A DNA stretch of 63,442 bases, filler included, from Pelomyxa schiedti (GCA_020536535.1; 8 parts of 8 records of this genome joined end to end with filler, not necessarily neighbours in it); one strand, 5' to 3'; numbered from the whole stretch's first letter, positions 12,409 through 24,641 are shown. The notes: generated by a model from the letters alone, not told the origin. Program-made: numbers and translations.

Positions 12409-13243
12409 GACTTCTAGAGGGCAAAGACCGTCATTAGTCCAGGTTCCTTCATACTACTGGCCAACAAAAATCCCACAGTACTCTTCTACGTAAGGCCTTT
12501 AATACCATTCTGTAAACCCCTGACTTTTTCAAGAGTTGGATGAATTCCTTCATCAAGTGCCCTCTGCATGCAATGGAAGTGCTCTGTGGGTTCCCTCCCC
12601 AGTGAGACCGACACCTAGTCCATTCCCAAAGCAAAAGGGCCAGTTAGATGCATATCGTTTATTTCCCACTTCTCCTCATTGCCGGGTGTCTGTACACTGA
12701 GGAAGACTTCACTCGGGTTAAGCACCTTGTAACCAATAACTATCCTCCAATGGGTAACTCTGAGTTCCATTCGGTGGTAAGAATCGTATTATTGAGATGA
12801 ACCTAATATCCTTACAGGTTCTTGAATAACATCCTATTTTGGCTCCGATGAGTAATAAAAGACGCAAGTGTGACCAATTCCTTGATTATGTAATGTATGC
12901 CGGCATATGAGGAAAACCGTGTCCGGCAAAGGGAAACCAGAACTCGTCGTGCGGAACTTAAAAGCATTTCATTTAGCTCACCAGACTCCTTTGACTATTG
13001 TCTTGGTTATTATCCTTTTTTTCCTGAGCACCACTTCTAACCTTCCAAAGATGCACAATTGAAGAAGAGGACACTCCGGCTTCCAAATATTGTATATCTT
13101 AGTACCAAATCGAGGCCGATTTCCGCAGGTTTTCCGATGCCCAAAACCAAATACTTACCGGCTAGACAGGGACCAAGGAAAAAGGCCACTCTGATGAGCA
13201 TTATGACGGCTGTACATCTTTCTCCAGCGCTGCCGTTTTCCAT
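12409..13243 (-). CDS. Possible multi-exon hypothetical protein
   Basis: A chain of GT-AG introns can join short exons into an open frame, but no motif was recognised. Confidence 0.3.
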
Positions 13244-13522
13244 TCTTCTGGGTTTAACCCATCAAACAGAGCCTGGAACAATTGATCTGCCTCCTTTAAC
13301 AAAATAAGCACTCCGCACCTTTCACTACAACAAACTCCATTACAATTTGTTTCTCACGCAAACACATCACGTGTCGAGATGTGTGCCAGATGTTCGTTAG
13401 GGGAAGTAGAATTTTCAGTTTTCGTTTAAAAAGGACTTTAAAAGGTGTGAAAAACAAAAAAAAAAAACAAGTAACTAAGCAACACACCAACCAAAAGTCA
13501 CTACTCCAAATCAAATAAATAA

Positions 13523-14074
13523 ATGTCGTTGACAGCAGACGAGCTCACGCACTTCCACAAGTGGTACCACGAGTATGTTTTGCCTTTTGTTTTTAAATAA
13601 TGCCACCTTTTCACTCGAGGGCTAACACAACAACAGTGCTGATACCGATCAAAACGGGCTGTTGTCAGTCTTAGAACTGGCACTAGCACTCAAGGAAATG
13701 ACCGGAAACGAAGTACCAACTCCCCTTCTGGAGGCTGTATGCTTTTTACTTTTTTACATCTGTTGTTATTTGTAAATTTTTTGTTTTAATGGCATGTCCG
13801 AAAATATTCCTATTCTATTGATTTCCATTTAGCCGTGCCGGTTTGGCTTTGGCATTATTCATTTTTGTTTTGCTTATGTGACCGCGAAAATAAATAAATA
13901 GCGAATCCATAATTCATACACAAAATAACATGTGCGCAGTTTATTTCCACACTCGATAAGAATGGGGATTCCATGATTGACTGGCTGGAATTCCGCAAGG
14001 CAATGACTGAGATAAAGACAGGGGTCCGGACCGGCCCCATTGCTGAACGCATAAAACCAAAGATGGGCTGGTAA
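13523..14074 (+). CDS. Small two-EF-hand Ca2+-binding protein (94 aa), missing from the ORF track
   Basis: Exons 13523-13572, 13637-13736 and 13940-14074 are phase-consistent. EF loops DTDQNGLLSVLE and DKNGDSMIDWLE. Confidence 0.88.
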
Positions 14075-14171
14075 CACTCTCACCACCACCGCGAGTATTT
14101 ATTGTTGTCTCTGTCACTTACTACTATAAAATAGTAGTTTAAAAACAAATTGTTGTTATTTAACAAAGTAA

Positions 14172-16681
14172 CTATGACGCCGATTTTACTGTGGAACTTG
14201 TTGAGCCTGCTCCTGTTGTTGCTCTTGGTGGTGATGGAGATGGTGCAGGAGTGGGCATTCTGCTGCATAACATAATAATAAGAGAATCTTGTGCTTTGGG
14301 CACCATTTCCCTAAGCCTTGGAAGCACATCAAGGTGTGACATGAACTGCTCATCACCCTGCAGTCCTTTCAGGAGAGTGTATTTGCGGTTGTATTCTGCG
14401 TTGAGCCTCTGGCACTCTGAGTGGAGCTGTCTGATGGAGGCCTCAAAGTCCCTTGCTTTTGTGGCCTGTGATGTGGATTCTTTGATGAGCTCTGTGTGGC
14501 TGGACATGACTTTGGTGCACTCATCAAACTTGCAGTTCTGGAGCTCGTGAAGTGTATCTGAAAGTTCCTCAAGAACTGCGAAGGGTGATGGTGAGGACAA
14601 GGCTGCAATAGCTGAGGGAGGTGGCTCTTGTGGGTTCTGAAGCTGTTGTGACCAAGGTTGCCGTTCCAACAGGTTGCATCCATCTGTTTGCGTTACTTCC
14701 ATGTAGTTTTGGGGTTTTTTTTATTACCTATTGTGGGTACTGTGAGAGCTGACCTCTGCACCTGAATGTCATAAAGCTTGGTGGTTAAGATGCTGAGGTG
14801 ATTTGAGCAAGCCTTGATGTCATCTCGACTACTGTCCTCAGTCAGGTTCTTTCCAAGAATCACATCAGTCTTCTGATTGTAGTCCTTGATTCCCTCAGCA
14901 AAGGTGGCCTTGAGACCATTCAGATCCCTGACATGACCCTGAAGTTTTTGGTTACGGTCTTCAGCACATTGATTGATATTCCTCAGTTGCATCGTGGCTT
15001 TTTCCAGAGAGATCAGCTGTGGTGCCCCCTTTATGATTTGTGAGCGAATCTTTGTGGCCAAGGTAAATGCTGTCTTCATTTCACCGACTGGTTCTTTGTT
15101 GCTGTAAAGGGCAGGCATGGTGTCACTGGTTTCCTCTTCCAATTGCTTTTCCAGTTGTTGGACCTTCCTGTTGGCTGTGCTGAGTTGTTGTATGAGATCA
15201 GCTTTTTGGTCATCAACTTCCTTTTTGTTTTTGTGAGCTTAATTATTATCCTCTTTGACGGAGGAATGCACACACCTTCATGTGAATTTGGGAACTCCTT
15301 TGGTTTTCCTGAAGTGCTTGTTTTTCTTTGTTCCATTTCCTTCTCTCAATCTCATGTTCATCCCTCAGATTCTGTGTTCATGTCATTTACATAATAATAA
15401 TATTAATAATAACAATAAATCTATTATTTACGGTGCATACCTTCACATTTTGTGCATGTATGTAATTTGGCAATGAGGATCCCATTTTATGCAATGCCGT
15501 TCCATCAACACCATGGAATGTGTTGCTTTGAAGGAATCCCTTGATTCTGGTTGTGGACCCAGGGAGCACCAAGCAACCCTCGCCGCGGCTCTCAACCACC
15601 CCACTCGGCTGATTAGTGCTGCCCACCACTTCCCTGAATGTCCCCTCGAACTTGTCGCCGTTTGGCCACTCCATCACCCCCTTCCTCGGGAGACCTCTGT
15701 CCCACTGCCCATCAAACGACGACCCGTCCCTTGCCCACGTCTTCCTGCCCCTCCCGTGCTCCCTCCCGCAGTCCCACTGGCCGTCGTACACGTCCCTGCT
15801 GGGCCACAGGTAGACGCCCTGCCCGTGGAACCTGCCCTCGAGCCACTGGCCCTCGTAGGCGCCAAACCCCCCCTGCCCGTCGCGGAAATGCAGCGTCCCC
15901 GCCCCGCTCCTCACGCCGTGGTCAAACCCGCCGCAGTACTCCTCGCCAGTCTCCGCAGTCCTCAGTGTCCCGCGGCCATGCATCAATCCCCCGGCCCACT
16001 CCCCATCATACACAGTCTCCCACAATCCGCCTCCGCCTCCGCCGTCGCCATCGCCATCACCACCGCCTTTCTTCAGTCTCCTGTAGGCGCCCCTTCCTTG
16101 TATCTGATACTTGTTCGCCTGCGTATTCCACACCCAGTTCTCGGCGTACGTGGCTTCGGTGCCGCTTGGGTCGTGCCAGGTGCCCGACTTCCACTTGTTG
16201 TCCATGTAGGTCCCCGAGAACCAGCCGCCGTCGGTGCAGTGCCACACGCCCTCGCCGTGCCGCTTCCCGTTCCTCCAGTGGCCGACGTACGTGGTCCCGT
16301 CGGGCCACTTGTACACGCCGCTCCCGTGCATCTCGCCGTCCCGCCACTCGCCTTCGTAACTGAACTCGCCTTGCGGCCTCTCTGGCACTTGTGGGAGGGG
16401 ATACGCTGTGTCGTAGCCATTTCCTAGAACGACACCGGGTGTGGGGCATTTGTTGCTTTTGTTGCTGATGATGATGGTGGTGGCGGCTGGTGACGATTGG
16501 GTTGAGTGGGTGCTGCTCTCCATAGGAGAATTCCTTCGCCGTCGCGTTTTTTGTTGAGGAGCCTGCCTGAGTACACGCCGCGACCGTCGCTTTGGTCTTG
16601 GTTGAATACGAATTCCGAGACGACCTTGGTGGGTTTCATCTTGGCTTTTGCCTTGTATATTTCGATGGTTGTGGTGCTCAT
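14172..16681 (-). CDS. Divergent MORN / coiled-coil protein lacking the RING (copy C)
   Basis: MORN array in 15387-16523. LEELSDTLHELQNCKFDEC matches the family. Ends SSTVKSAS*. N-terminal frame (from 16681) is shifted relative to the MORN frame. Confidence 0.75.
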
Positions 16682-16800
16682 CGCACCTACGAGTTGCGCC
16701 AGCTCCCCAACAAAACCAAAAACCACAAGAACCAACTTTCTGATCAACAAGTTGTTTGATGGGGAGTCACGAAGAACTATCATTCAACAAAAGAGGATGT

Positions 16801-19222
16801 TCAGATGGTGAGTCTGTGCTGGATTGGAGAACGGCAATGTGGGCACCTCTTCACAATCCCTGCACACTGTACGTGTGAGAGGTTTTCTTTGGCAACAACA
16901 AGAAGAGGGAAAGAAAGTGAAAGAAAGTATACCTCAGAGCAGCAGACACAGTGGCCACAAGGCTGAAACTGTATGTCCTGTGGCCTCTCCTCACACACCA
17001 TGCAAAAAACAATCCCTCCTGTGGGTTTGATCCCTGTTTGTTGGGCTTGTGGGTTGTTGTGACCAACTGGAACAACAGAGACAGTGCACCCTGGTTGTGT
17101 TGTTGTTGCATTTATGCCACGTGTGGTTGATGATGTGCACTTGGAAACCATTACATCCATGACAGCCTGTTGAGCATGAGGGAGCAACTCAGAGAGCTGC
17201 GACCACACATCAGGGTGTGACATGAACTGCTCATCGCCCTCAAGCCCTCGCATCACCATGTACTTGCTCTGGTATGCCTCATTGAGCCCCTGGCATGGCT
17301 CAAGGAGCTCCCCAATTTTCTTGTGGAGCCTCTGACTCAGTGCTGCCTGTGCGTTGCATTCCTTGTGTAACGCTGTGTGTTGGTCAAGTACCTTCACGCA
17401 GTTGTCAAATTTGATGCATCCTCCTTGAGTTGATAACACTGTGTCAGCTGTGATATCTCGCAACAACAAGGTGAAAGGGCCAGAGGAAGTGGTGGGTGGC
17501 GGAGGTTCCATAGATTTCAGAAGCAACCACGGTTTGAGAGCCATCAATTTGTTGATGTCTGTGGGTGTCGTTGAAGAAGGGATAAATACATGTTGACATT
17601 TACCTTTGGCTGGCACTGATGGTTTTCCTTGTTCTTCATTGTTCCTTGGAGATGGCTTTATTCCCAGAAGCTTCTTCATCAATGAGGAGATGTTCCTGGA
17701 GCACTGTTGTATCTCTGACTCACTGCTCTCCACTGTCAGTGTTTGCCCAAGAATCTCCTTGCATCTTGTGTCTGACTCCTCAACTGCCTTTTCAAGAACC
17801 TCCTTCAGAGCTGACAGGTCCCTCAAGTGAACCTCAAGTGATTGGTTCCTTTCCGTGTAACTTTCAAGGAACTGCTTCAGTTCTGAATCTGATTCCTCAA
17901 GTGAGACCAACAGAGGTGCTGCGTTTTTCAACTGTGATCGAAACTTGGTGGCCACCTTGAATGCTGTGGACAACTCGAACAGTGCCTCTGAGCACCTTTG
18001 TTGGCCTGTTTCATTCGCCCCACCGTGAACTGCAAGCAATTCATCATCTTCCTCTCCATTTTGCTTGGTTTGTTGTTGTGTGAGTGAAACAAGGTGTTGA
18101 GACAAAGGCAAACACACGTACCTTGATGAGTTGGCGGTGGCCCAACTGCGGCAGTGACGATCCCATCACATGCAAAGCAACACCATCAGCTCCGTGGAAT
18201 GTGTTGCCTCTCAGACTCCCCGTGCTTTCCCTCCCAGATCTGTCTCCCTCCACGGAGGACAGTGGAGAGAGTGACAGCACACCCTCACCACGGTATCTCC
18301 TCATTTCCCCCCCACGTTGGTTTTCTGCCGCTTCTTCTGTGAATGTTCCAGTGAACATGTCACCGTTTGGCCACTCCATTGTGCCCTTGACTGGTGCACC
18401 CCTCTCCCACACACCAGTGAATGATGACCCATCCCTGGCCCACCTCTTCGTCCCGTTCCCGTGCTCCTTTTCATCCACCCAGGACCCCTGATACCTGTCA
18501 CCGTTTGACCACAACCTCACACCCTCTCCATGGAACTGGTCATTCTTCCTCTCGCCCACGTAGCTCCCTCCTGGGTCTTTGTAGCGGCTGTTGTCACCAA
18601 TGAGCATCCTCCCTCTTCCACTCATCACATCGTTGTTCCACTCACCACACCAGATTGTTCCTGTATCTTCTGACCTCCACATTCCATTCCCGTGCCTCTG
18701 GCGGTTGTTCCACTCACCCTCATACACAGTCACCATCACCGCTGCGGTGGGGGGTGTGGTTTTGGCGGCCTCAGTGTACCTCCCATCATCTCCTTTGACC
18801 ATCTTCTTCCTCCACACTCCCCATCCATGCAGCTTGTGGCATTTGGCCCCTTCATCCCACCTCCACTCGCCCTCCTGGACGTCGACCCCGTTCGTGTTGT
18901 GCCAAGTTCCCCTGCTCCAGCACCCGTCACGCCACAGGCCCTCGTACCGCCCGCCGTCTGCCCGCTGCCTCACGCCCCAGCCGTCGTATATGCCGTTGTT
19001 CCACTCGCCGTCGTACGTACCACCGTCGGGCCATGTGCGCACCCCCCGCCCGTGCATCTCGCCGTCGCGCCATTCGCCGTCTTAGGTGTGCTGGCCGTCC
19101 TCCTCGATCCACGTGAGCTTGCCCCTGCCGTCTCGTTTTTTGTTGACGAGGCGACCCGTGAACACTCCACCATCAGGTTGCTTCACGTTGTCAACAAACT
19201 CGGCGCGCACCCCTGAGAACAT
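16801..19222 (-). pseudogene. MORN / coiled-coil / RING gene (copy D) with a premature stop
   Basis: In-frame TAA at 19082-19084 (HT*DGEW, where MORN consensus has Y). RING CMVCEERPQDIQFQPCGHCVCCSE...CPHC is intact. Confidence 0.75.
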
Positions 19223-19275
19223 CAAATATCAAGAATAGATCAAAAATGAAGCAGAACCGCCGATCATTTTCATTT

Positions 19276-19364
19276 GGCTGAATAAAAAAAACACCAGACC
19301 GCCGATCCTGAGCGACGATAACGAAAATGACAGCGTTCCGGTCCGTTGATTATTTTATTCGACT
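19276..19364. mobile_element. ~90-bp palindromic MITE-like element (copy 1)
   Basis: Reverse complement of 62541-62630 with a few substitutions. Left end GGCTGAATAAAA; right end degenerate. Confidence 0.7.
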
Positions 19365-19715
19365 ACCAAGGTACAAATAACAATAATAGCCCCTCGTACC
19401 ACACTGCCTTGCTCACTAAAAAAATTCTGTTTTTCTCATTTGACTCGCGATGGTGCGTCTCTCGTCACACACAATGCCCAACGTTGTTTGTGCTGCNNNN
19501 NNNNNNNNNNNNNNNNNNNNNNNNNNNNNNNNNNNNNNNNNNNNNNNNNNNNNNNNNNNNNNNNNNNNNNNNNNNNNNNNNNNNNNNNNNNNNNNNGAAG
19601 TTGATTTCCAAATTCGTTAAGTCCGCGCTGCTGACTCAGCACCTGAGTCTCTCAGTCCTGCGTTGCTTCAGCGGTTTGCATTGAAGAGTTTGCCTGTGGA
19701 TTCACTGAATCACAC

Positions 19716-21596
19716 AGGAACCAAGACATGGAGCAGGGATGGATCGTCGTTCACTGGGTTGTGGGAGGGTGGTGTTCCAACAAAGGGGATGAGAAGGTGG
19801 CCAAACAGTGACATGTTTGAAGGCACATTCACACAAAATGGGTGCCGTGGTGGTGAGGGTGTCGCAACACTGTCATCATCATCATCGCCATCATCATTCA
19901 ATCTGAAGGGCACCCTCAACAACAACAATGTGTTTCAAGGTGCGAGTCATCCAGGAGTGCAACATCAAATGGGATCATCACAGTTTGAACACTCTCAGCT
20001 GATTGAGGTCAGTGTGTGTTATTTTCCTCTTTCTTTTTTATTTTTGGCTCACAAACAACGCAGAAACTGAAAAAAGAGTTCACAAAGGAGAAAAGTGAGC
20101 TGGAGGCAAAACAGAAAGAAGAAATGAAAGCAGCCAAAAAAGAGTGGGAAGTGAGTGTGTTGTCATATTTCTTGCTTGTGTCTTGCTCTCAATTTATTGC
20201 TTCTCACACATCTGTTTCTTTCTTTGAAGCAAATCACAGAAAGAAATAATGAACAGCACAGTGAGCAACTCAACCAAGTGAAGAAAAAGCTCCAACAACT
20301 GCAAGACCAACTTAAAAAAAAGCAAGAAGAAGATGATGAAAGGAAGTCAACGAGTCTTGTGGCAACCTCCCATCCTGAATTGAGGGAAGCCTTTGAATCA
20401 GCACAGTTGCTCCAGTCTCAGTTGCTGATTTTGGCACCACAGTTCGTCTTGCTCAAGGAATCACTGACAAAAGTGAATGACAGTCTCCAGAGAGCAACAG
20501 AATCCAACGAGGAACTGGCATCACACCTGAAGAAACTCACTGAACTGAAAGGAACACTGGTGATGAAACTCAACGAATTAGATTCTGCATGCAAGAAGCT
20601 CCTTGGGCAGACACTGACGGTGCAAAACAGCGAGTCTGAGATCCAAGAGTGTGCCAGGAACATCTCACGACTCACAAAAAAAGTATGGGGAATCAAGTCC
20701 TCCACATTGACATCAACATCATCAGAAATGGAGATGGTTCCAAAAGAAGAAGCAGGTAAAAACAAAAATGCACACAGTACTTTTATTTGACAAACAATAA
20801 GAGGGTGATGATAACACTGTGGATGGCATTCTGATGAAACCTCTTCTGACTGTGAATGACCCACAGCCTCATACATTCACACCACCATTCCAGTTGCTGT
20901 GCACTCTCTCAGACACACTCGCACAGCTCCAGAGGTGCCATTTTGACGAGTGCACAAAGCTCGCCGACAAACACACGGTTCTGTCAAAGGAGCTGTCTGA
21001 GCAAGTTTCAGTTGGAGGCACACTCCAAAAGGCGATCGAGGAGACACAGAGAGAATGTTCAAAGCTTCAGAGGGAACACAAGGGAAAGTGGAGGCTCCAG
21101 CGAGGTTTGGAGGGTGATGAGAAGTTCATTGGGATGCCTTGTGTGTGGTCTCAGCTCTCTGAGTTGCTCCCTCAGGCTCAACAAGCCATCGTGGAGTTGA
21201 GCCTTTCCAAGGCAAGGTTATCATCATCTGCCTGTTTTGGTGGTAGCCAGCAACAACAACAACCAAGGTTGCCATCAATGACAACAGAATCAACAGCAGG
21301 AGCAACCACTCTTCCAGGATGCACTGCCACAACATCATCAGTGTCACCAGTTTTGCTCTCATCAGTGCCAAATTGCAACAACAGTGAGAGCAACGTTTGC
21401 GTGGAATGCGAAGAGAGGCCACCCAACGTGCAGTTGCGGCCTTGTGGCCACGTTGTCCTGTGCTCCCAGGTCCTCATTTTTCCCTTTTTTCATCATTTTT
21501 TTCATCAAGACACAAAAAACAACACAACAGTGTGCAGCAGTCATGAAGAAGTGCCCTCATTGTCACACCTTCATCAAGGACAAAATTCATTTGTAG
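19716..21596 (+). pseudogene. 5'-truncated MORN / coiled-coil / RING gene (copy E)
   Basis: Homology to copy B begins abruptly at GTKTWSRDG; upstream 19597-19715 is unrelated. RING intact. Confidence 0.7.
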
Positions 21597-21631
21597 CTAA
21601 AAAAAAAAAACTTTGGATTGGTCTTTTCTTA

Positions 21632-24442
21632 CATAACTGGTTCACGCTGGCGCACTTTGTGTTTCATTGTCTCAAAGTGCGCCTGAGCGGACATTGAACA
21701 CAAAGTGCGCCAAATGCGCCCTTTGGCGAACCGACTCTGAAAAACCACGTGACACAAAGTGCGCCGCGGCGCACTTTGTGTCATGTCACTTTGATGTGGA
21801 TTTCTTCGATTTTGTAAAAAGGATGAATAAATGGTGGGAATCGTGTGCCCCCAACGTTTTTCGTGTTGTACACTGGCTCAAACAACTGAACAACATGTTT
21901 CCCAAGTGAACCACAACACTCTACCACCACGAACACAAAGTGCGCCGACCGACCGGCGCACTTTGTGTTTTTTGACTGGGCCAACGACATGACACAAAGT
22001 GCGCCATGGTGCCACTTGGCGCACTTTGTGTCATGTCAACCGTCGGTCCCAAAGTGCGCCGAGGGGCGCACTTTGTGTTTTCTCAATGCCGATGCCGGGA
22101 AACGTGAACTTGTGAGTGTGCTGCTGATTGTCGTTCACTCTCCGTGTCAATTTCGGTTCTGTGTTGGGTGTTGGTGAGGGGGAGCCGGGGGGGTAGACAA
22201 TTGGTTGGGCGTGGTGGGTGAGGGTGATGCCACTGATTCCAGATCCCATCCATCCCTATCTATGCCATGGAGGTATCCCAGCAGGGAGCAGAAATTGCAG
22301 GCATGACACAACACAGACCACCCATCACCCTCAATTGTGTGTCTTTCTCAACTGTTGGCAATGATGTGTGCGTCATGCCTTGGAACAAAGGGGTAACATG
22401 TCCCACTGTTTGCTGCTGTTGGGGTGTTTCTGGAGGAAATAGGGTGGTTGTTAATACTCTGGATCTGTTTGATTTCTGATTTCACTGAGCTCAGTGTGGA
22501 CAGTGTAAGCTGGGGTTCCTGTGAGGTAAAGCACAAGAGAACCTTCAGTTCCCTGCAATAGACACACAGTTTGCGTGAATTTTTTTCCACTACAACACAA
22601 AGTGCGCCGAGGAATGGAAAATCCTGCTGTACAATACAGTGTCCGAAGTGCGCCACTAGGAACCCAAGTGGCGCACTTTGTGTTCCAGTCAAAACCCTGT
22701 GGTTCAAGGTGCGCCACAAGTTAACCAGGCTGTGTTGGTGGATTCTAACTGCTGAGGGTGGCCACTGTGAGTCTCAGTGGGAACCAACACTTCCCACAAT
22801 TGGAGTTGGGCTCTGTAATCAAGTTTTACGTTCTCAGGAACAGAATGGAAGTCACCCAGAGAGCAAATCATGAATGTAAAGGTGCACAAAAATAAGTATT
22901 TGGTTGGTGTGGTGAGCTTTGAGGCCACGTTGAGAACGCAGACAGGGAAACAACAACTTCAAGCCTGATGAGTTCTGCCAGTGTGTCCTGAGTTGGACAC
23001 TCCCTTATTCCAGAAATTCCCTCAAGTGCACCTCAGATCCTTGTGTGTACTGCTGAGTCCCTGAAGGTTGAGCTCAAGGTTGTGTAATACCTGTTGAAAC
23101 ACAAGATGTGTGGTTTAAGGATTCGTGTGTGATTCGTTATCTCAGGCAGTTTAAGGGTAGATTCTGTGGGCTTGAGAATAAGTACCACAGAGGAAGAAAC
23201 CAAATGGAGTGAGAGAATTAAGAGTTTGTGGGGTTGGGTTAAAAGGCTGTGATGTTCAAATCAATTCTCAAGTGTGGATGTAATCAAACATGTTAAACTG
23301 TGTGCCACGTTCCTATTGCTGTATTCGTGCATCCAGCTGTGCAGAGCACTGACCTTGACCTTAGATTATTACCGCAGAATCTACCCCTAAACTGCCTGAG
23401 ATAACGAAGACACAAAGATAACATCCTTGTTTGTTTTTTGACAATATAAGATTCCACTCAGTCCTCAGTAATCCAAGTTCGTATACTTTGTGGAGAACAC
23501 AAAGGGTGAGTTCACTGGTATCTGTTAGAATGAACTCGCTGGTTCCTGAATGGCCAGAAATAGTTGTCCAACTTGGCACTCAGTCATCAAGCCAAGATTC
23601 CCTGATTCCGTCGGCCCATAATCTCAATCCAACAGCAACCAAACACCGCAACAACAACGGTGCTATGTCCCCCTTGTTATGGGGTACAGAACCGCACTAT
23701 AAGCAACAAGAGGGAGAACGAATGGAGAGATCAACAGACAGATCAGTGAATTGCAGGAACATTTCTAAGACTGGTTCTCCATACAATATCAACCAAACAC
23801 TGCAAAAACAACAGAACTATGTACCTCTTATTATGAGGTACAGAGCCGTACTACTGGCAACCATGGGAACGAACACCAGAGGGAGAACGAAGCCAATCAG
23901 ATTAGATATGTTTTCTGTGAATGTGAACTGAGCCGAATTTGGGAAGAGGGCTGGTTCTCCCTCCCACAGCAACCGAACAACGCACCGACAACGGGAATAT
24001 GTACCCATTGTTATGGGGCGTACAATGACACCACTGCCAACAGTGGGAACCAACACCAGACCGAGAACAAGACCCATCAAAAAATCGATTTTTATCCAAA
24101 AAAAAATCGATGTGGTTCTTGCTGTTGTGTGGTCACACCGCGCAGTGAGTGATGTGGTTGGGTGTGTTGTGCAAAGGGGTCTCCAGTCTGGTGGTTTTTG
24201 TGCCAAACGGTTGCTGTCGGGCCAACGGCGCACTTTGTGTTTTGGAAGAGGACTTTTCACGTGACCCCGAAGTGCGCAGATGTGCGAAAATGATTTTGGG
24301 TTTCGATTTCTCGGAAAAAAAAAACACAAAGTGCGCCCGGCGCAGTTCGAAACTGTGCCGACCCAAAAAATGGTCGGCGCACTTTGTGTGTTTCAGAGCA
24401 ATTTTCCTGTGGTTCAAAGTGCGCCACCGTGCGCCAGTTATG
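21632..24442. mobile_element. Non-autonomous TIR DNA transposon (2.8 kb) with TA flanks and subterminal CACAAAGTGCGCC arrays
   Basis: Left end TA|CATAACTGGTTCACGCTGGCGCACTTT; right end AAAGTGCGCCACCGTGCGCCAGTTATG|TA (27-bp TIR, 3 mismatches). About 18 motif copies; no transposase ORF. Confidence 0.8.
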
Positions 24443-24641
24443 TATTGGGGGGCATTCATGTGAGGCTAAACAGCGTGGATTTTCTTTTATTGGGGACAAT
24501 TGTCCAATAAAAGAGAAACACAAAAAGCAAAGATGAATGCAAGAGGGAGAACAGAAAAAGAAATCAGTCCTTACAATACAGCAAGCAGGGAGAAGATGGG
24601 GGTTTTTGCCAATCCAGATCCCAAAGCACCTTTGAGAGAGG

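Noticed and set aside
12263-12467. Plus-strand SAM-like mini-gene
   Set aside because: One plausible intron, but no in-frame start was found and it overlaps a competing minus-strand model.
15489-16427. Long antisense ORFs over the MORN exons and other GC-rich 5' exons
   Set aside because: Expected from stop-codon scarcity in GC-rich sequence; low-complexity products with no motifs.
21649-24435. CRISPR array or RAG recombination signals
   Set aside because: Motifs alternate in orientation with irregular spacing, there are no cas genes, and no nonamer or 12/23 spacing is present.
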